Of a stretch of 64,000 nt of DNA, positions 1 to 8,759 are shown piece by piece (within the stretch, counting starts at the first letter, position 1; every line of letters starts with the position of its first letter). The notes beneath the pieces are model-generated. The model had not been told where the DNA came from, made no database searches, and saw only the letters and a list, made by a program, of their open reading frames with translations. The DNA is from an uncultured Spirochaetota bacterium (GTDB taxonomy: Bacteria; Spirochaetota; Spirochaetia; SZUA-6; Fen-1364): NCBI GenBank assembly GCA_963781885.1, contig CAWAHW010000002.1:512001-576000 (forward strand), given 5' to 3'. A program made the translations under genes and the position numbers.

Positions 1-548
1 CAGTCCATCAGCCCGATCGGTCGCCCGGTCGCGGCGAACGCAAATGACATCGGCACGCAGGCGACAAAGACGATGACGGTGGGCATCAGGTGGAATCCCA
101 GGAAGCTCAGGGGCCAGTAGCCCGCACCCAGCCGCCGGTAATCGGCGTAGCGCCAGTCCTCGTCGGCAAGACCGCGCCAGCGCCGCAGCCAGTTTGCCGT
201 CAGGCGCGTCGCCCAAAGCAGGACGAGCAGGAGCAGCGCGGCCTGGCGGAAGGAGAGACCTCCGCCGCCGAGGCGAAGCAGCCATACCGGGGCAAGGACG
301 GCCGGCGCGACGCTCCAATACGGATCGTAGACGCTGGAGTTGTCCAGGGCGACGCTGAATGCAAAGACAAAGACCGTTGCCGCAAGATCCGCCACGCCCG
401 CCGACCAGACGGGGTTGATGCCGCGCAGGAGACGTGCCACGGCGACGGCTGCCACGCCTGCCACGGCGTATGCGAGCAGGCAGAGGAGAAGGGACTGCGG
501 CCGGCGGAGCCGGGCCCTGTTTATTCCCGCGTCTTTCCGTTTTCCCAT
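1..548 (-). CDS. DUF1295-family (steroid 5-alpha-reductase-like) membrane protein, 3' end runs off the window
   Basis: Translated by hand from ATG at 548: hydrophobic segments with motifs NSSVYDPYWSVAP and EDWRY. Absent from the ORF track because there is no stop in the window. Confidence 0.8.
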   Translation of the reverse strand, partial: MGKRKDAGINRARLRRPQSLLLCLLAYAVAGVAAVAVARLLRGINPVWSAGVADLAATVFVFAFSVALDNSSVYDPYWSVAPAVLAPVWLLRLGGGGLSFRQAALLLLVLLWATRLTANWLRRWRGLADEDWRYADYRRLGAGYWPLSFLGFHLMPTVIVFVACVPMSFAFAATGRPIGLMD

Positions 549-1426
549 GGTATCTCCCGGTTGCGCCGCGCCGAGGCCCGCGGCGGTGTTGCCCCTGTCC
601 CGGCCGCCCACGGCGCGGGCTGGCAGCGGGGGCAGAAGAAGGAATCGTATCCGCGCACGCCCGCCCGCCGTATCTTCGTGCCGCACACGGGACAGGGCTC
701 GTCCTTTCTGTTGCGCACCTTCACGTGGTCGCGCACCTTCACCTCGATGGGCTGGCCCGCCGCCCGGACCATGTCGATGCCCCACGTCATGACGGATCGT
801 ATGTTGTCGTAGAGCTTCCCGCGCTGCTCATCCGTGAGGCTGATGCACGAGGCCTTCGGGTGGATGCCCGCCGCAAAGAGTATCTCATCGGCGTATGCGT
901 TTCCGATCGCGCTCAGCGCCGTCTGGTCCATGAGGAAAACGCGCACCTGGTGGCGCCGCCCTTTGATGATCGCGTCGAAGCGCGCGCGGGTGAAAGCGGG
1001 GGAAAGTATCTCGATGCCCTGGTCGAGATACCCGGGGATCGCCGCACAACCGTCGACCGCGGTGAGGTAGAGCTTGCCCATGCGCTTGTCGTCGCCGTAG
1101 CGAAGCCATTCCCCGTTGTCCAGGTGCAGGGCCATGCACAGGTGCGCGACAGCCTTGTCCCCGGCCGCGGCGATCTGCAGCCGCCCGGCGAGCATGCAGT
1201 GCACGATCAGCTCCGCGTCGGGCGCGAGTGAGAAATCCAGGAAAGGGCCGTGACGTCGGAGATCGGTGATGGTGCGTCCGGCGAGCGCGTGCGCGAATCC
1301 ACCGGCATCCGGCAGAAGCATGCGCGTGACGATGGGTTCCTTCAGCGTCACCTCGTCGATGCGCCGTCCCCGGATCCGGGGTCGGAGGACGGAGACGATG
1401 TATTCGAGGTCGGGCAGCTCCGGCAC
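521..1426 (-). CDS. Fpg/Nei-family DNA glycosylase/AP lyase
   Basis: GTG at 1426 gives the N-terminal (M)PELPD catalytic motif; H2TH motif IGNAYADEILF; C-terminal zinc finger CPVC...CPRCQ. Confidence 0.9.
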   Translation of the reverse strand: MPELPDLEYIVSVLRPRIRGRRIDEVTLKEPIVTRMLLPDAGGFAHALAGRTITDLRRHGPFLDFSLAPDAELIVHCMLAGRLQIAAAGDKAVAHLCMALHLDNGEWLRYGDDKRMGKLYLTAVDGCAAIPGYLDQGIEILSPAFTRARFDAIIKGRRHQVRVFLMDQTALSAIGNAYADEILFAAGIHPKASCISLTDEQRGKLYDNIRSVMTWGIDMVRAAGQPIEVKVRDHVKVRNRKDEPCPVCGTKIRRAGVRGYDSFFCPRCQPAPWAAGTGATPPRASARRNREIPWENGKTRE

Positions 1427-1442
1427 GGCGACCAATGGAACC

Positions 1443-2744
1443 CTAGAGCTGTCTCTTGTCAACCACGCGCCGCGCCTTGCCTTCGGCCGGGGGGGCGATG
1501 TCCCGCGGCTCCACCAGGCTCACCTGCGCCGTGATGCCCATGGAGCCCTCCAGCTCGCGGAGGAGTCGGGCCCGCAGCTTCTCGGGGCTTTTTGATTCAT
1601 CCGCTGCCGCGCCGGCCGCGCGCTCCACCCGCAGCTCCATCGTGTCGATGCCCATGGCCCGGTCCAGCACGATCTCGTAGTGCGGCCCCAGGCCGTCGAT
1701 GTCGAGGATGATCTGCTCGATGCGGGAGGGGAAGACCTTCACGGCGCCGAGATTGATGAGGTCATCGATCCCGCCCTGCACGCGCGACATGCGCGCGAGC
1801 GTCCGCCCGCACGCGCAGGGCTCGTCCGTCACGGAGCCGATGTCGCCGGTGCGGTAGCGCAGGAGGGGAAAGCCCTCCTTGGTGATGGTCGTGAGGACGA
1901 GCTCCCCCTCGGCGCCCCGGGGAAGAGGCCGGAGCGTGGAGGGATCGATCACCTCCACGATGAAGCAATCCTCGTTCACGTGCAGACCCGCGCGGCATTC
2001 GCACTCGTACGACACGCCCGGTCCGAGCACCTCCGTGAGGCCGTAGTTGTCCAGCGCCGTGATGCCCAAAGACTCTTCCAGCCGCCGGCGCAGCTCCTCG
2101 GTCCACGGCTCGGCGCCGAAGTACCCCACCCGGAGGAAAAGCTCGTCGTGCCGCACGCCCATCTCCGCAACGGTCGCGGCGATGGCCGTCGCGTAGCTTG
2201 GAGTGCAGGCGAGCGCGGTCGTTTTGAAGTCGCGCATGATGCGGACCTGTTTTTCCAGGCCGCCGGTGGAGGCGGGTATCACGCACGCCCCGATGCGCTC
2301 CGCGCCGGCGTGCAGGCCGAAGCCCCCGCTGAAAAGCCCGTAGGTGAAGGCGACCTGCATGACGTCGTGCTCCGTCATGCCGCCCGCGGCCAGCAGGCGC
2401 GCGACGCACTCCGACCACGTCTTCAGGTCATTGCGCGTGTAGCCGACGACGACGGGTGTGCCCGTGGTGCCGGAGGTGGACTGGATGCGCACGACGTCGC
2501 GCAGGGGCACGGCGAACATGTCGTAGGGGTAGCTGCGGCGGAGATCGTCCTTCGTCGTGAAGGGCAGGCGCGTCAGGTCGTCGAGACCGCGCACGTCCTC
2601 GCCGCCCACGCCGGCCGCGGAAAGGGAGGCGCGGTAGAAGGCGACATTGCGCGTCACACGGTTCACCGTCGCCTGCAGCCGCTCCAGCTGCACCTGGGTG
2701 AGTGAGTCCCGTGCCATGGATTCGTATTTCGGGCTCCAGATCAC
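1443..2744 (-). CDS. paaK: Phenylacetate-CoA ligase family protein (copy 1)
   Basis: LPFTTKDDLRRSYPY, STSGTTG P-loop, YGLTE, RYRTGD, EGKARRVVDKR. Confidence 0.88.
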   Translation of the reverse strand: MIWSPKYESMARDSLTQVQLERLQATVNRVTRNVAFYRASLSAAGVGGEDVRGLDDLTRLPFTTKDDLRRSYPYDMFAVPLRDVVRIQSTSGTTGTPVVVGYTRNDLKTWSECVARLLAAGGMTEHDVMQVAFTYGLFSGGFGLHAGAERIGACVIPASTGGLEKQVRIMRDFKTTALACTPSYATAIAATVAEMGVRHDELFLRVGYFGAEPWTEELRRRLEESLGITALDNYGLTEVLGPGVSYECECRAGLHVNEDCFIVEVIDPSTLRPLPRGAEGELVLTTITKEGFPLLRYRTGDIGSVTDEPCACGRTLARMSRVQGGIDDLINLGAVKVFPSRIEQIILDIDGLGPHYEIVLDRAMGIDTMELRVERAAGAAADESKSPEKLRARLLRELEGSMGITAQVSLVEPRDIAPPAEGKARRVVDKRQL

Positions 2745-2756
2745 GCTTTCCCCCTC

Positions 2757-3491
2757 TCAGTCGTTGATGCGCCGGTATTCCTTGCCCAGGTAGGCGCGGC
2801 GCACGTCGCGATTGTCCGAGAGCTCCGCCGCGCTTCCCTCCGTCATGATGCGTCCCGTCTCCATGACGTAGCCCCTGTCGGCGATGGAGAGGGCCGCGCG
2901 CGCGTTCTGCTCAACGAGCAGGATCGTCGCGCCGCGGCCGCGCAAGGACGCGATCACGTCGAAGATCTCCCGCACGACGAGCGGCGCAAGCCCAATGGAC
3001 GGCTCGTCGAGCATCAGGATGCGCGGCTTCGCCATGAGCGCGCGGCCCAGAGCGAGCATCTGCTGCTCCCCGCCGGAAAGCGTGCCCGCCTCCTGCGTCC
3101 CTCTTTTTGCGAGTATGGGAAAAAGCGCGCAGATTTCCTCCGCGTCTTTTTCCACCGATGCCCTGCCATGACGCCGCCAGCGCAGGTAGCCGCCGAGCTG
3201 GAGATTCTCCCGCACGCTCATGTCGGGGAATATCTGGCGTCCCTCCGGCACGAGCACGCATCCGCGGGCCGCCACGGATTCGGCCGGTCGGCCCGTGATC
3301 TCCTCCGCGCGGAACTCCACCGTTCCCGCCGACGGCCGCACGACGCCCGCGATTGCATTCAGGAGCGTGCTCTTGCCCGCGCCGTTTGCCCCGACGATGG
3401 TCACGATCTCCCCCACGTCGACGTGCAGGGAAACGCCGTGGAGGACCTCCACGTTCCCGTAACCGGCGTGCAGGCTCCTCAGCCTAAGCAT
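2757..3491 (-). CDS. livF: Branched-chain amino acid-type ABC transporter ATP-binding protein (LivF-like)
   Basis: GANGAGKST, LSGGEQQML, LDEPSIGLAP, VEQNA. Confidence 0.9.
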   Translation of the reverse strand: MLRLRSLHAGYGNVEVLHGVSLHVDVGEIVTIVGANGAGKSTLLNAIAGVVRPSAGTVEFRAEEITGRPAESVAARGCVLVPEGRQIFPDMSVRENLQLGGYLRWRRHGRASVEKDAEEICALFPILAKRGTQEAGTLSGGEQQMLALGRALMAKPRILMLDEPSIGLAPLVVREIFDVIASLRGRGATILLVEQNARAALSIADRGYVMETGRIMTEGSAAELSDNRDVRRAYLGKEYRRIND

Positions 3492-4254
3492 CGTCGGCCC
3501 CGAGATAGACCTGGATCACGTCGGGATTCGCCTGTATCTCCCGGGGGCTTCCCTCCGCGATTGCCTGGCCGAAGCTCAGGACGAGCACCTCGTCGGAGAT
3601 GCCCATGACGAGCGACATGTCGTGCTCCACGACGAGCACCGTGATGCCCTGTCCGCGCAGCCCGCCGATCAGCGCGGCCATCTCCTCCGTCTCCCGGGGG
3701 TTCAGACCGCAGGCGGGCTCGTCCAGGAGCAGGAGCCGCGGACCGGCCGCGAGGGCGCGCGCAAGCTCGACGACCCTCTGTCGGCCGAAGGGCAGGTCCT
3801 GCGCGTCCCGATGGGCGAGCTCTGCGATCCCCAGACTGGAAAGCACGTCCATGCAGAGCGCGCGAACGCGCGCCTCTTCGCGCCGGGTGACGGCGGGGCC
3901 TGCCATGCCTGCTAGAAATCCGTGACGGCTGCGGCCGTGCATGCCGACCATGACGTTTTCGAGCACCGTCATGCGCGGGAAAAGACGCGTCGCCTGGAAT
4001 GTGCGCGAGATGCCGCGCGCCGCGACGCGGTGGGGCGGCAGGCCCGTTGTCGGGCTGCCATCGAAAATGATGCTGCCGCCCACGGGGGAAAGCGCGCCGG
4101 CCACGAGGTTGAAAAGCGTGGTCTTTCCCGCGCCATTGGGCCCGATGATCGCCTTCACCGTCAGCGGCGCGCATGAAAAGCTCACGCCGTCTATCACGTG
4201 CAGCCCGCCGAACCAGTGATGGAGCCCGCGGACCTCCAGGAGCGGTGCGCTCAA
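3484..4254 (-). CDS. livG: Branched-chain amino acid-type ABC transporter ATP-binding protein (LivG-like)
   Basis: GPNGAGKTT, RTFQ, LLLDEP, VEHDM, VYLG. Confidence 0.9.
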   Translation of the reverse strand: MSAPLLEVRGLHHWFGGLHVIDGVSFSCAPLTVKAIIGPNGAGKTTLFNLVAGALSPVGGSIIFDGSPTTGLPPHRVAARGISRTFQATRLFPRMTVLENVMVGMHGRSRHGFLAGMAGPAVTRREEARVRALCMDVLSSLGIAELAHRDAQDLPFGRQRVVELARALAAGPRLLLLDEPACGLNPRETEEMAALIGGLRGQGITVLVVEHDMSLVMGISDEVLVLSFGQAIAEGSPREIQANPDVIQVYLGADDA

Positions 4255-5249
4255 CGCTGCCCTCCCGCGCGACCCGTGAGTCGTCCGGCACCCCGGCGCA
4301 GGCCCGGCAGGAGACCGAAGAGACCGTTCGGAGCAAAGAGCATGATCGCGACGAGCAGGGCGCCGAAGACGGCGTCATCGAAGAGCCCGAATGCCCCGCG
4401 CAGCGAGAGGAAGGTGAGGAGCGCGGCGACGGCCACGGTCCCCCATGGGCTTCCCATGCCGCCCGCGGCGACCAGCGCGACGTAGCGCACCGATTTCATG
4501 ACCCCTGCCTCGCCCGGGCCGATGCCGCCATTGTAGTGGGCGAGGAATGCGCCGCCCACCGACGCGTAGACGGCGCTCGTCACGAACACGGCGAGCTTGT
4601 AGCGGCTGACGTTCACGCCCATGGCTGCCGCGGCCTCCTCGTTGCCGTTGATGGCGCGCAGGGCGCGGCCGACGCGGGAGCCCACGAGGTTGACCGCGAC
4701 AAAAAGCCCGAGCGTGACGAGGGTCCATGCGATGTAGTAGTTCTGCACGCGCAGCGTGCGTCTGCCGGAAATCACGAGGCCCGCGAAGAGACGGATCGCC
4801 GGAATGTCAGAAATGCCGTCCGCCTGGCCGAAGAGGCTCGTGCCGAGGATGACGCGTGAGACGATGAAACCGAAGGCGAGTGTCGCCATGGCGAGGTAGT
4901 GGCCCCGGAGACGCAGCACGGGCATGCCGATCACGACCGCCACGAGTGCCGTCAGCACGACCGCGGCGGGAAGGGAAAGCCACGGAGCAAAGCGCAGGAG
5001 CCCCGCGCCGGCCGTCGACAGCACCGCCGTGGTATAGGCGCCGATGGCGAAGAATCCGGCGTGGCCCAGCGACACCTGGCCCGCGTATCCCATGAGCAGG
5101 CAGAGGCCCAGTGTCACCAGGGTGTAGTACGCAGACATCGTAAGCTGGGTGAGGAGATATTCCAGCTTCAAGACGGAAAGCAGGACCTGCACGAGCACGA
5201 CAATCGCGGCGAGAAGAAGAACGGGAAGGTAGCGGCGCAGAAGGCTCAT
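4251..5249 (-). CDS. livM: Branched-chain amino acid-type ABC permease (LivM-like)
   Basis: GYAGQVSLGHAGFFAIGAY, LRLRGHYLAMATLAF, GRALRAI. Confidence 0.88.
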   Translation of the reverse strand: MSLLRRYLPVLLLAAIVVLVQVLLSVLKLEYLLTQLTMSAYYTLVTLGLCLLMGYAGQVSLGHAGFFAIGAYTTAVLSTAGAGLLRFAPWLSLPAAVVLTALVAVVIGMPVLRLRGHYLAMATLAFGFIVSRVILGTSLFGQADGISDIPAIRLFAGLVISGRRTLRVQNYYIAWTLVTLGLFVAVNLVGSRVGRALRAINGNEEAAAAMGVNVSRYKLAVFVTSAVYASVGGAFLAHYNGGIGPGEAGVMKSVRYVALVAAGGMGSPWGTVAVAALLTFLSLRGAFGLFDDAVFGALLVAIMLFAPNGLFGLLPGLRRGAGRLTGRAGGQR

Positions 5250-5255
5250 CGTCGC

Positions 5256-6149
5256 CTATGCCCGGCGCGTGCCCAGGAGCGACGCGGGCCTGCCGCCGAA
5301 CAGCCCCTCGGGCCTGAAGAAGAGGATGGCGAGCATGATGGCAAGGGACACGACGTCCTTGTACGCCAGCGGCAAAATGCTGATGCTCGCCGACTCCAGC
5401 ACTCCGATCAGGAGCCCCGCGGCCACGGCGGCGGTGACATTCCCCAGGCCGCCCAGGACCGCGCAGGTGAAACCCTTGATGGCGAGCGACGTTCCCATGT
5501 CGTACTGCGTCTGGGTGAGCGGCGAGATGACGCACCCCGCGAGAGCCCCCATCGCCGCGGCGATGAAAAAAGAAAGCGTGACGAGCACGGAGGTGCGGAT
5601 GCCGCACAACCGCGCGGCGTTAGCGTTGGAGGCGCAGGCGCGCATCGCCCGGCCGGTGAGGGTGGAACGGAAGAAGATGCTGAGCGCGGCGACCATGAGG
5701 CCGCAGACCCCGAGCACCCAGAGCACCTGGGGCGAGATGCGCGCCCCCAGCACGGCCAGAGAGGAGGTCTCGTCGCCGGTCCAGAAGGGGAGCGCCCGCA
5801 CCTTTTCATTCCAGACGTGGAGCGCGGCCTCCCGGATGAGGATGGAGAGGCCGATGGTGATGATGATCATGCGGAGGACCCCGGGAGACCGCAGCCAGGA
5901 GATGAACACGAGCTGGAGGAGGACACCGATGAGACCCGTGATCACCACCGCCGCGGCAACGGCGGCGGCAAGGGGAAGTGAGTGGCTGAGCGACACCGAG
6001 ATCATTCCCCCGAGCATGAGGAACTCCCCCTGGGCGAAATTGATGATGCCCGTGGAGTTGTAGATGATGGTGAAGCCGATGCCGACGATGGCATAGATGC
6101 TTCCCGTGGTCACGCCCGAGAGAAGGTACTGGAGGAGCTGCGCCCCCAT
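5256..6149 (-). CDS. livH: Branched-chain amino acid-type ABC permease (LivH-like)
   Basis: INFAQGEFLMLG, GRAMRAC, KGFTCAVLGGLG. Confidence 0.88.
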   Translation of the reverse strand: MGAQLLQYLLSGVTTGSIYAIVGIGFTIIYNSTGIINFAQGEFLMLGGMISVSLSHSLPLAAAVAAAVVITGLIGVLLQLVFISWLRSPGVLRMIIITIGLSILIREAALHVWNEKVRALPFWTGDETSSLAVLGARISPQVLWVLGVCGLMVAALSIFFRSTLTGRAMRACASNANAARLCGIRTSVLVTLSFFIAAAMGALAGCVISPLTQTQYDMGTSLAIKGFTCAVLGGLGNVTAAVAAGLLIGVLESASISILPLAYKDVVSLAIMLAILFFRPEGLFGGRPASLLGTRRA

Positions 6150-6158
6150 GCAGGGGCC

Positions 6159-7301
6159 TTATTTCCCGAGCGGCGCGAACCGGCCGTTCTTCACCGTGAG
6201 CATCTCCAACGCGTCCGGCGTGAGCCCGTTGTGGTCCGTTGGTGAGAAGGTGAAAACGCCCGAGATGCCGACAAAACCCTTCATGCCCTCGATGTAGTCG
6301 CGCACCTTCGCGCGATCGATTCCCACCTTAGCGACCGCCTCGGCAATGAGGGAAAAGCTGTCCGCGGCATGACCGCCGAACGTGCTTGGCTCCTCGCCGA
6401 ACTTCGCCATGTAGGCCGTGCGGTACCCGACGAGCGCCTTCTTCTGGGGGTTGTCCGCGGGCAGTGCATCCGCGATGAGGATGCGGCCGCAGGGGAATAT
6501 CGTGCCTTCCGCCGCCTTGCCCGCGGCCTCGACGTATGCGATGTTGCCGAACCCGTGGCTCTGGAAGATGGGCACGTCGAAACCGAGCTGCTTCATGTTC
6601 TTCAGCACGATCGATTGTGCGGGCTCGGTGGACCAGTTCACCATCGCCTGGACATTCTGGGCCTTGATCTTCGTGAGGACGCTCGTGAGATCGGTGGAGT
6701 CCTTGTCGTAGTCCTCCGCGATGACGATCTGGATGCCGGCGTCGGGGGCGTACTTCGCAAGCTGCGCCTTGCCGCCCTGGCCGAAGCCCGAGTTGCTGCA
6801 CATCACCCCGATGCGCGTGATTCCCCTCTGCTTCATGGTGGCGAAGATCATCTGGGCGACGAAGCTGTCCATCGGCGCGACCTTGAAGACCCATTTCGCG
6901 ACGGGATTGACGATTGTCTCGGCGGCCGCGCAGGAGAGGAGGATCGTCTCCGCGTCGTCGCAAAGGCCCTTCAACTTCATGCTTTCCCCGCTGGTGGACG
7001 GGCCGATGATCGCAAGCACCTGCTCTTCGTCGATCATCTGCTTCGCGAATGAGACGGCCTTTTCTGCGTCGCCCTGCGAGTCCTTCATGATGAGCTTCAC
7101 GGGTCTTCCGCCGATGCCTCCGGCCGCGTTCGCCGCGTCCACGAACATCTGCAGGGTCCGCGCTTCGGGAAGCCCCAGGTTCGCGTTGCCGCCGGTGATC
7201 GAGAATATCGCGCCAATCTTCACCGCCTCGGCGCCGAAGCCGGGGATGCCGGCCAGAATGAGAGCGGTTGCGCAAGCGAACAGGAACTTTCTCCCTGCCA
7301 T
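6159..7301 (-). CDS. ABC substrate-binding protein, LivK/Peripla_BP_6 type (paralogue 1)
   Basis: Signal peptide, KIGAIFSITG, IIGPSTSGES, FSPTDHNGL; adjacent to the Liv permeases. Confidence 0.88.
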   Translation of the reverse strand: MAGRKFLFACATALILAGIPGFGAEAVKIGAIFSITGGNANLGLPEARTLQMFVDAANAAGGIGGRPVKLIMKDSQGDAEKAVSFAKQMIDEEQVLAIIGPSTSGESMKLKGLCDDAETILLSCAAAETIVNPVAKWVFKVAPMDSFVAQMIFATMKQRGITRIGVMCSNSGFGQGGKAQLAKYAPDAGIQIVIAEDYDKDSTDLTSVLTKIKAQNVQAMVNWSTEPAQSIVLKNMKQLGFDVPIFQSHGFGNIAYVEAAGKAAEGTIFPCGRILIADALPADNPQKKALVGYRTAYMAKFGEEPSTFGGHAADSFSLIAEAVAKVGIDRAKVRDYIEGMKGFVGISGVFTFSPTDHNGLTPDALEMLTVKNGRFAPLGK

Positions 7302-7407
7302 GGTGTCCTCCCGGAGCTTTCGATTGGATATTTATACATGAGAAGCGCAAACGCCCCCGTCTGTCAAGCCGGCGCTTTTCAAGTCAGCGCGTCTGCGCTC
7401 CTTTTCC

Positions 7408-8553
7408 CTATTTGCCGTAGAGCGCGAATGCGCCGTCCTTGACCGTGAGCATCTCGAAGGCATCCATCGTGAGCCCATTGTGGTCCGTCGGGGAGAAGTT
7501 GAAGATGCCCCCAGTCCCCACCAGGCCCTTGAGCCCTTCGATCGCATCGCGCACCTTGTACTTGTCCGTGCTTCCTGCCTTCTTGATCGCCTGCGTGAGG
7601 ACCAGGAGGGCATCGTAGGCATGTCCACCGAAGGTGCTCACGTCTTCGTTGTATTTCGCCTCGTACTCCTTCGCGTACGCCGTGAGGAGTTGCTTCTGTG
7701 GATGGCTCGCCGGAAGCACGTCCGCCACGAGCAGTCGCCCGGCCGGGAAGATCACCCCCTCGGCGGCTTTGCCTGCGGCCGTGACAAAGGCGATGTTGCC
7801 GAAGCCGTGGCTCTGGAAGACAGGCACGTCGAACCCGAGCTGCTTCATGTTCTTCAGCACGATGGACTGGGCGGGCTCGATGGACCAGTTGACGATCGCC
7901 TGAACCCCCGCGGCTTTCACCTTCGACAGCACGGCCGTGAGGTCCGTTGCCGCCGTGTCGTAAACCTCCGATGACGCGATGGTGATGCCGTTCGCCGGCG
8001 CGAGCTTTTCCAGCTGCGCCTTTCCCCCAAGCCCGAAGCCCGAGTTGCTCACCACCACGCCGATGCGGGAGATCCCGAGCTTCTTCATGGTCGTGAAGAT
8101 CATCTGCGCAGCGAAGCTGTCCATCTGCGGGGTCTTGAAGACCCATTTCGCAACCGGGTTGACGATCGTCTCGGCGGCGGCGCAGGAGATGAGGATCTGT
8201 TCGTTCTGATCGGCATACGCCTTGACCGCCATGCTTTCACCGCTCGTGGTGGGACCGATGATCGCGAGGACCTGGTTCTCCTCGACGAGCTGCTTGGCAA
8301 AGGATACCGCGTTCTCCGTGCTGCCCTTCGTGTCCTTGACGATCAGCTGGATCTTCTCTCCGAGAACACCGCCGGATGCGTTGGTGTCGTCCACGAGCAT
8401 CTGCAGGGTCCGCGCTTCGGGAAGCCCGAGGTTGGATGCCGGCCCGGTCACCGCGAAGAGCGCACCGATCCGCATCGCATCCGCGCAGAATGCGGGAACG
8501 GCAGACAGCAGCGCGCAAAGAAGCGCCAAGGCAAAAACACTTTTCCTGGACAT
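7408..8553 (-). CDS. ABC substrate-binding protein, LivK/Peripla_BP_6 type (paralogue 2)
   Basis: Closely similar to 6159..7301 (NLGLPEARTLQM, PVFQSHGFGNIA, FSPTDHNGLT); GGAG RBS upstream. Confidence 0.88.
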   Translation of the reverse strand: MSRKSVFALALLCALLSAVPAFCADAMRIGALFAVTGPASNLGLPEARTLQMLVDDTNASGGVLGEKIQLIVKDTKGSTENAVSFAKQLVEENQVLAIIGPTTSGESMAVKAYADQNEQILISCAAAETIVNPVAKWVFKTPQMDSFAAQMIFTTMKKLGISRIGVVVSNSGFGLGGKAQLEKLAPANGITIASSEVYDTAATDLTAVLSKVKAAGVQAIVNWSIEPAQSIVLKNMKQLGFDVPVFQSHGFGNIAFVTAAGKAAEGVIFPAGRLLVADVLPASHPQKQLLTAYAKEYEAKYNEDVSTFGGHAYDALLVLTQAIKKAGSTDKYKVRDAIEGLKGLVGTGGIFNFSPTDHNGLTMDAFEMLTVKDGAFALYGK

Positions 8554-8697
8554 TGTAGACTCCTTTTTATCGATGATTGCTTTGAATAATTATCCAAGAA
8601 AAGTATAGATTACTAAAAATGTCAAGGATGTCGCCGGCCACCGAATCCGGCGGCATGGGGTCCGGTCAGCGTTCGACGAGCGGCGCGCAACGGGCAG

Positions 8698-8714
8698 GGA
8701 CATTTCTAAAGAGT
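8698..8714 (+). promoter_or_regulatory. 17-bp island motif, copy A: GGACATTTCTAAAGAGT
   Basis: One of six near-identical intergenic copies; 29 bp upstream of an extended -10 (TGC-TACACT, hexamer at 8744-8749) before the uxaE-like gene. Confidence 0.8.
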
Positions 8715-8759
8715 ATCCCCTCCCCACGGCCCGGCCTCCCTGCTACACTTCCCGGGGCC

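Noticed and set aside
8620-8626. TGTCAAG as the left end of a large transposon carrying the island
   Set aside because: No matching right end near 36.0 kb; it can equally be a minus-strand -35 for the liv operon.
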